A stretch of DNA of 4,455 nucleotides, from IMG/VR virus record IMGVR_UViG_2706794673_000001; one strand, given 5' to 3'. Origin of the DNA: a virus. Lineage: Duplodnaviria > Heunggongvirae > Uroviricota > Caudoviricetes. Numbering within the stretch: position 1 is the stretch's first letter; each line of letters starts with the position of its first letter. Under the pieces are notes generated by a model that was not told the DNA's origin, did no database searches, and worked only from the letters and a program-made list of their open reading frames with translations. Below, one piece after another: positions 1 to 4,455 of this stretch. The translations under genes and the position numbers were made by a program.

Positions 1-363
1 GAGCAGCGCGACAAAAACGCAAGAGAACTGAAGCTGGCGAACGCAACCATTACTGACATGCAGCAGAGACAGCGTGATGTTAATGCACTCGATGCTAAAT
101 ACACGAAGGAGTTAGCTGATGCGAAAGCTGAAAATGAAACTCTGCGCGCTGATGTTGCCGCTGGTCGTCGTCGGTTGCACATCAAAGCAGTCTGTCAGTC
201 AGTGCGTGAAGCCACCACCGCCTCCGGCGTGGATAATGCAACCAGCCCCCGACTGGCAGACACCGCTGAACGGGATTATTTCACCCTCAGAGAGCGGCTG
301 ATGACGATGCAGATGCAACTGGAAGGGGCACAGGAGTATATCCGCACTCAGTGCATTAAGTAG
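1..363 (+). CDS. Rz: Rz i-spanin (inner-membrane spanin subunit), 5'-truncated by the window edge
   Basis: Frame 1 is open from base 1 to TAG at 361-363. The translation ([120 protein letters not shown]) is recognisably close to phage lambda Rz as I recall it, including the [28 protein letters not shown] block. It also contains an embedded +1-frame lipoprotein gene, the hallmark of Rz/Rz1. Confidence 0.9.
   Translation, partial: EQRDKNARELKLANATITDMQQRQRDVNALDAKYTKELADAKAENETLRADVAAGRRRLHIKAVCQSVREATTASGVDNATSPRLADTAERDYFTLRERLMTMQMQLEGAQEYIRTQCIK
119..301 (+). CDS. Rz1: Rz1 o-spanin (outer-membrane lipoprotein spanin subunit), embedded in the +1 frame of Rz
   Basis: 60-aa [63 protein letters not shown]. 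It has a signal peptide ending in a lipobox (LVVVGC, Cys20), a PPPPP stretch, and is near-identical to lambda Rz1 as I recall it. AAGGAG Shine-Dalgarno at 105-110, 8 nt upstream of ATG 119. An alternative start at ATG 134 is possible. Confidence 0.85.
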   Translation: MRKLKMKLCALMLPLVVVGCTSKQSVSQCVKPPPPPAWIMQPAPDWQTPLNGIISPSESG

Positions 364-405
364 CCTTTTTATCGTGGTAAACATTTCGCAGGGTATGAGG
401 TATTT

Positions 406-705
406 ATGCCATCACTAATCCCACGTGCCTGCCGTAAGCGTGGATGTGCAGGTACAACCACAGACAGTTCGGGTTACTGCGATAAACATCGCGGTGAAGG
501 CTGGGTGCAGCACCAGCGCGGACTGAGCCGCCACCAGCGTGGCTATGGCTCAAAATGGACGGTGATTCGTGCCCGTATTCTGAAGCGCGATAAAGGTCTG
601 TGTCAGTTGTGTCTGCGTGTCGGTGTGGTGAGCGAGGCGAAAACCGTCGACCACATCATCCCGAAAGCGCATGGCGGAACAGACGCAGACAGCAACCTGC
701 AGAGT
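406..705 (+). CDS. HNH endonuclease, terminase-associated (HK97 gp74-like); 3' end hidden in the N-masked block
   Basis: ATG 406 preceded by GAGG (397-400) with 5-nt spacing. The translation contains the HNH core ...CQLCLRVGVVSEAKTVDHIIPKAHGGTDADSNLQS (CxxC zinc-ligand pair, catalytic His in DHIIP, N in SNL) plus a Cys/His-rich N-terminus (CRKRGCAGTTTDSSGYCDKH). The ORF runs into the N block at 706, so the true stop is unknown. Only the visible part is given as coordinates. Confidence 0.85.
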
Positions 706-991
706 NNNNNNNNNNNNNNNNNNNNNNNNNNNNNNNNNNNNNNNNNNNNNNNNNNNNNNNNNNNNNNNNNNNNNNNNNNNNNNNNNNNNNNNNNNNNNNN
801 NNNNNNNNNNNNNNNNNNNNNNNNNNNNNNNNNNNNNNNNNNNNNNNNNNNNNNNNNNNNNNNNNNNNNNNNNNNNNNNNNNNNNNNNNNNNNNNNNNNN
901 NNNNNNNNNNNNNNNNNNNNNNNNNNNNNNNNNNNNNNNNNNNNNNNNNNNNNNNNNNNNNNNNNNNNNNNNNNNNNNNNNNNNNNNNNNN
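706..991. other. Masked / undetermined sequence (286 N)
   Basis: Continuous run of n characters. Content cannot be read. From the flanking genes it must contain the HNH 3' end and the TerS 5' end. Confidence 0.95.
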
Positions 992-1307
992 GCAACTGAC
1001 AACCAAAGAACTCTGCGGTCAGGGCCTGCTGTGCGTGACTGACCTGGCGGTACTTGAGCGGTGGTGCGTGGCCTATGAGTTCTGGCGACGTGCCGTGAAA
1101 AATATTGCCATACAGGGCAACACCATCACCGGTGCAATGGGCGGCAGGGTCAAAAATCCGGAGCTGACCGCCAAAAAAGAACAGGAGTCCGAGATGAGCA
1201 GCACGGGGGCAATGCTCGGACTCGACCCCAGCAGCCGCCAGCGTCTGATTGGCCTGGCGGGGCAGAAGAAAGCCACTAACCCGTTTCTGAAAATTATCGA
1301 ATCATGA
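992..1307 (+). CDS. Terminase small subunit (P27-family type), 5' end hidden in the N-masked block
   Basis: Frame-0 ORF is open from the N block to TGA at 1305-1307. The visible 105-aa C-terminal part ([104 protein letters not shown]) has the character of P27-family small terminases, e.g. the ...[10 protein letters not shown]... tail. Its stop overlaps the TerL start (ATGA). Confidence 0.8.
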
Positions 1308-3026
1308 GCCGGAAATCTTACCCCAACGTAAATGCTGCAAATCAGTATGCCCGGGATGTCGTGCGCGGAAAGATTGTTGCCTGCCAGTTTGTGATTCAGG
1401 CCTGCCAGCGCCATCTTGATGACCTGATGGCGGAAAAAAGTAAGTCGTTTCGTTACCGCTTCGACAAGGACCTGGCTGAACGGGCCGCGAAATTTATTCA
1501 GCTGTTGCCGCACACCAAGGGGGAGTGGGCATTCAAACGGATGCCCATCACGCTGGAGCCGTGGCAGCTATTTGTGATCTGCTGTGCGTTTGGCTGGGTC
1601 AATAAAGGCACCCGGTTGCGCCGCTTCCGGGAGGTGTACACCGAAATCCCCCGTAAGAACGGCAAATCAGCAATCTCTGCCGGTGTTGCCCTGTATTGTT
1701 TTGCCTGTGATAACGAGTTTGGCGCGGAAGTGTATTCCGGTGCCACGACAGAGAAACAGGCGTGGGAAGTCTTTCGCCCGGCGCGACTGATGTGTAAACG
1801 CACACCCATGCTGACGGAAGCGTTCGGGATTGAGGTTAACGCCTCAAACATGAACCGTCCGGAGGATGGCGCGCGGTTTGAACCGCTGATCGGCAACCCA
1901 GGTGATGGTTCATCACCCCACTGTGCCGTGGTTGATGAATATCACGAGCATGCCACCGATGCGCTTTATACCACAATGCTTACCGGGATGGGGGCGCGAC
2001 GTCAGCCACTGATGTGGGCCATCACCACCGCCGGGTACAACATTGAGGGGCCGTGCTACGACAAGCGGCGGGAAGTCATCGAGATGCTCAACGGCTCGGT
2101 GCCTAANNNNNNNNNNNNNNNNNNNNNNNNNNNNNNNNNNNNNNNNNNNNNNNNNNNNNNNNNNNNNNNNNNNNNNNNNNNNNNNNNNNNNNNNNNNNNN
2201 NNNNNNNNNNNNNNNNNNNNNNNNNNNNNNNNNNNNNNNNNNNNNNNNNNNNNNNNNNNNNNNNNNNNNNNNNNNNNNNNNNNNNNNNNNNNNNNNNNNN
2301 NNNNNNNNNNNNNNNNNNNNNNNNNNNNNNNNNNNNNNNNNNNNNNNNNNNNNNNNGCAGTTCGAGGGGCAGCCGTGCATTCTGGCCTTTGACCTGGCGC
2401 GTAAGCTGGATATGAACAGCATGGCGCGACTTTATACCCGCGAGATTGACGGTAAAACGCATTACTACAGTGTGGCCCCGCGTTTCTGGGTACCGTATGA
2501 CACGGTGTACAGCGTCGAGAAAAATGAAGATCGACGGACAGCCGAACGCTTTCAGAAATGGGTGGAAATGGGCGTTCTGACCGTTACCGATGGTGCGGAG
2601 GTGGATTATCGCTACATCCTCGAGGAGGCCAAAGCGGCGAACAAAATCAGCCCGGTCAGTGAGTCACCCATCGACCCCTTCGGGGCGACCGGGTTGTCAC
2701 ATGACCTTGCTGATGAAGACCTGAATCCCGTCACTATCGTCCAGAACTTCACCAATATGTCCGATCCGATGAAAGAGCTGGAAGCAGCGATTGAATCGGG
2801 ACGTTTTCATCATGACGGCAATCCCATCATGACCTGGTGTATCGGCAACGTGGTCGGCAAAAACATGCCGGGTAACGATGATGTGGTGAAACCCGTCAAA
2901 GAGCAGGCGGAAAACAAAATCGATGGTGCAGTTGCGCTGATTATGGCGGTTGGCAGAGCCATGCTGTACGAGAAAGAAGACACGCTGTCTGACCACATTG
3001 AGTCCTACGGGATCCGCTCGCTTTAA
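1304..3026 (+). CDS. Terminase large subunit (ATPase + nuclease), HK97-like; interior masked by N at 2107-2356
   Basis: N-terminal part (1304-2106, frame 2) carries Walker A PRKNGKS (1649-1669), Walker B AVVDEYHE and a TTAG coupling motif. C-terminal part (2357-3026, frame 0) carries RNase H-like nuclease motifs (ILAFDLA ... [13 protein letters not shown]) and ends IRSL-TAA at 3024-3026. Total span of about 574 codons fits a single uninterrupted TerL. The two visible parts are in different frames, and the 250-nt N block cannot reconcile them, so the mask length is probably not the true length. Confidence 0.9.
2107..2356. other. Masked / undetermined sequence (250 N) inside the terminase large subunit gene
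   Basis: Continuous run of n characters between the ATPase and nuclease domains of TerL. Confidence 0.95.
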
Positions 3027-3037
3027 CTGAGGTAATT

Positions 3038-3220
3038 ATGATCATGCTGATTCTCGCGCCTCTGGTGGGCGTGCTGGGTGCGCTTTTGCTGGCGTATGGT
3101 GCCTGGCTGATTTATCCCCCGGCGGGTTTTGTTGTTGCCGGGGCGCTGTGCCTGTTCTGGTCGTGGCTGGTGGCGCGATATCTCGACCGTACACGGCAGT
3201 CTGTCGGCGGAGGTAAATAG
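3038..3220 (+). CDS. Small hypothetical membrane protein (60 aa, two predicted transmembrane helices)
   Basis: ATG 3038 (second ATG at 3044) preceded by GAGG at 3029-3032 with 5-nt spacing, 11 nt after the TerL stop. Translation [60 protein letters not shown] has two hydrophobic segments separated by a PPAG turn and a basic C-tail. Its stop TAG (3218-3220) overlaps the portal GTG start by 1 nt. No similarity to a characterised family that I recognise. Confidence 0.55.
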   Translation: MIMLILAPLVGVLGALLLAYGAWLIYPPAGFVVAGALCLFWSWLVARYLDRTRQSVGGGK

Positions 3221-4376
3221 TGTTCTTTTCGGGATTATTTCAACGAAAAAGCGATGTGCCGGTGACCACGCCAGCAGAACTGCTGATGCTATCGGGCTGT
3301 CATACGACACCTATACCGGAAAGCGGATCAGTAGCCAGCGGGCCATGCGCCTGACGGCGGTCTATTCTTGCGTCAGGGTGCTGGCAGAGTCTGTTGGTAT
3401 GCTGCCCTGCAGTCTCTACAAAATCAGCGGTACCCTGAAAACACGGGCGGTGGATGAACGACTGCATAAGTTGGTTTCGGCAAAACCTAATGGCTACATG
3501 ACACCGCAGGAATTCTGGGAGCTGGTTATTGTCTGCCTGTGTCTACGGGGGAATTTTTACGCCTACAAGGTAAAGGCACTGGGAGAAGTGGTGGAGCTTC
3601 TTCCGATAGATCCGGGCTGTGTGGAACCGAAGCTGAACAGCCAGTGGCAGCCGGTTTATCAGGTGACGTTTCCGGATGGTTCCGTGGATGTGTTGACCCA
3701 GAATGAAATCTGGCATGTGCGCACCCTGACGCTGGATGGACTTGTCGGGCTGAATCCCATTGCGTATGCGCGTGAGGCCATTTCACTGGCAGCGGCAACC
3801 GAGGAGCACGGTGCCAGGTTGTTTAGTAATGGTGCGGTGACATCCGGTGTGTTGCGTACGGAACAAAAGCTCACGCCGGATGCTTACGAGCGTCTGAAGA
3901 AAGATTTTGAGGAGTGTCACACGGGGCTTGGCAATGCTCACCGCCCGATGATTCTGGAAATGGGGCTGGACTGGAAGTCGATGGCGCTGAACGCCGAGGA
4001 CAGTCAGTTCCTGGAAACCCGCAAGTTTCAGCTGGAAGAAATCTGTCGTCTGTTCCGGGTGCCGTTGCACATGGTGCAGAACACCGATCGCGCCACCTTC
4101 AACAATATCGAAGAGCTGGGGCTGGGATTTATCAACTATTCACTGGTGCCGTATCTGACCCGCATCGAACAGCGGATCAACACCGGACTGGTACGAAAAA
4201 GTAAGCAGGGCGTTTATTACGCCAAATTTAACGCCGGGGCGTTACTGCGCGGGGATATGAAGTCCCGTTTTGAAGCCTACGCCACCGGGATCAACTGGGG
4301 AATTTACTCTTCCAATGACTGCCGCGACCTGGAAGATATGAATCCGCGTCCCGGTGGTGTAATGCCGATCAGTTAA
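3220..4376 (+). CDS. Portal protein, HK97 family; apparent frame disruption near 3305-3315 (possible pseudogene or sequence error)
   Basis: The body (frame 0, about 3300-4376: ...YTGKRISSQRAMRLTAVYSCVRVLAESVGMLPCSLY ... GINWGIYSSNDCRDLEDMNPRPGGVMPIS, stop TAA 4374-4376) is a typical HK97-type portal. Frame 0 has no ATG/GTG with an RBS after the previous gene; the ORF-track start at 3129 is a TTG buried in the small membrane ORF. A strong start exists in frame 1: GGAGG (3209-3213) then GTG 3220, giving MFFSGLFQRKSDVPVTTPAELLMLSGCHTT..., which stops at TGA 3352-3354. The frame-1 N-terminus and frame-0 body would join by a 1-nt change near 3308-3314. Confidence 0.8.
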
Positions 4377-4408
4377 GGATCAGTTGACCGATCCAGTGGC
4401 TGTGTAAG

Positions 4409-4443
4409 AATCCGGAAACGCTCACTTGTTTCCGGATTTTTTT
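4409..4443 (+). terminator. Rho-independent (intrinsic) terminator downstream of the portal gene
   Basis: Perfect inverted repeat: tccggaaac (4411-4419) pairs with gtttccgga (4428-4436), extendable by two A-T pairs (4409-4410 with 4437-4438). Loop is 8 nt (gctcactt), followed immediately by a run of 7 T (4437-4443). Orientation is + strand; on the - strand the hairpin is not followed by a U-tract. Confidence 0.7.
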
Positions 4444-4455
4444 ATGCACATTGGA

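Noticed and set aside
199-384. Minus-strand 61-aa ORF overlapping Rz/Rz1
   Set aside because: Antisense to two strongly supported genes; no RBS; translation has no recognisable features.
550-1042. ORFs running through the first N block (550-1002 -, 603-995 -, 656-1006 -, 671-1042 +, and the 600-1307 + start)
   Set aside because: Artefacts of translating N as X. The N run contains no readable stops, so ORF boundaries there are meaningless. Only the portion of 600-1307 after position 991 is treated as real (TerS C-terminus).
1584-1805. Small ORFs inside TerL in alternative frames (1584-1790 +, 1599-1805 -)
   Set aside because: Embedded in the TerL ATPase domain in off-frames with no RBS; composition consistent with chance ORFs.
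2107-2356. Possible intein, intron or homing endonuclease hidden in the TerL masked block
   Set aside because: The overall TerL span (about 574 codons) matches an uninterrupted HK97-type large terminase, and the missing stretch (about 83 codons) is the size of the normal ATPase-nuclease linker, leaving no room for an insertion.
1073-4070. Reverse-strand ORFs (1073-1513, 1498-1896, 1913-2422, 2103-2462, 2697-2996, 2810-2998, 3023-3310, 3526-3798, 3659-3874, 3783-4070)
   Set aside because: All lie antisense to well-supported + strand phage genes and have Arg/Ser/Pro-rich low-complexity translations typical of shadow ORFs in GC-rich coding DNA. None has a convincing RBS or recognisable motifs.
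3914-4204. 96-aa + strand ORF in an alternative frame inside the portal gene
   Set aside because: Out-of-frame overlap with the conserved portal body; Arg/Gly/Ala-rich translation without motifs; no RBS.
3129-4376. ORF-track portal ORF starting at 3129 (415 aa)
   Set aside because: The start at 3129 is a TTG with no Shine-Dalgarno. It lies inside the small membrane protein ORF in a different frame, and the first 30 codons ([24 protein letters not shown]...) look like an out-of-frame read-through. The real start is more likely GTG 3220 in the neighbouring frame.
1-4455. CRISPR arrays, tRNA/rRNA genes, defence-system genes
   Set aside because: No direct-repeat/spacer periodicity, no cloverleaf-like or rRNA-like segments, and every sizeable ORF is accounted for by phage lysis/packaging/portal functions. 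The only function-unknown candidate is the 60-aa membrane ORF.

Overview
This window is a contiguous piece of a lambdoid/HK97-like (pro)phage late region from an enterobacterial host, all on the + strand: 3' part of Rz with embedded Rz1 (spanin lysis genes), a terminase-associated HNH endonuclease, terminase small subunit (P27 family), terminase large subunit, a small 2-TM membrane protein ORF, and an HK97-family portal protein followed by a strong intrinsic terminator. Two runs of N (706-991 and 2107-2356) hide the HNH 3' end, the TerS 5' end and about 80 codons inside TerL. I see no CRISPR array, tRNA/rRNA or recognisable defence system. The points most worth a second look are an apparent frame disruption near the 5' end of the portal gene, the uncharacterised small membrane ORF between TerL and portal, the terminator directly after portal, and the likely cos site hidden in the first masked block. 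All calls are from reading the sequence and the supplied ORF translations; no database search was run.
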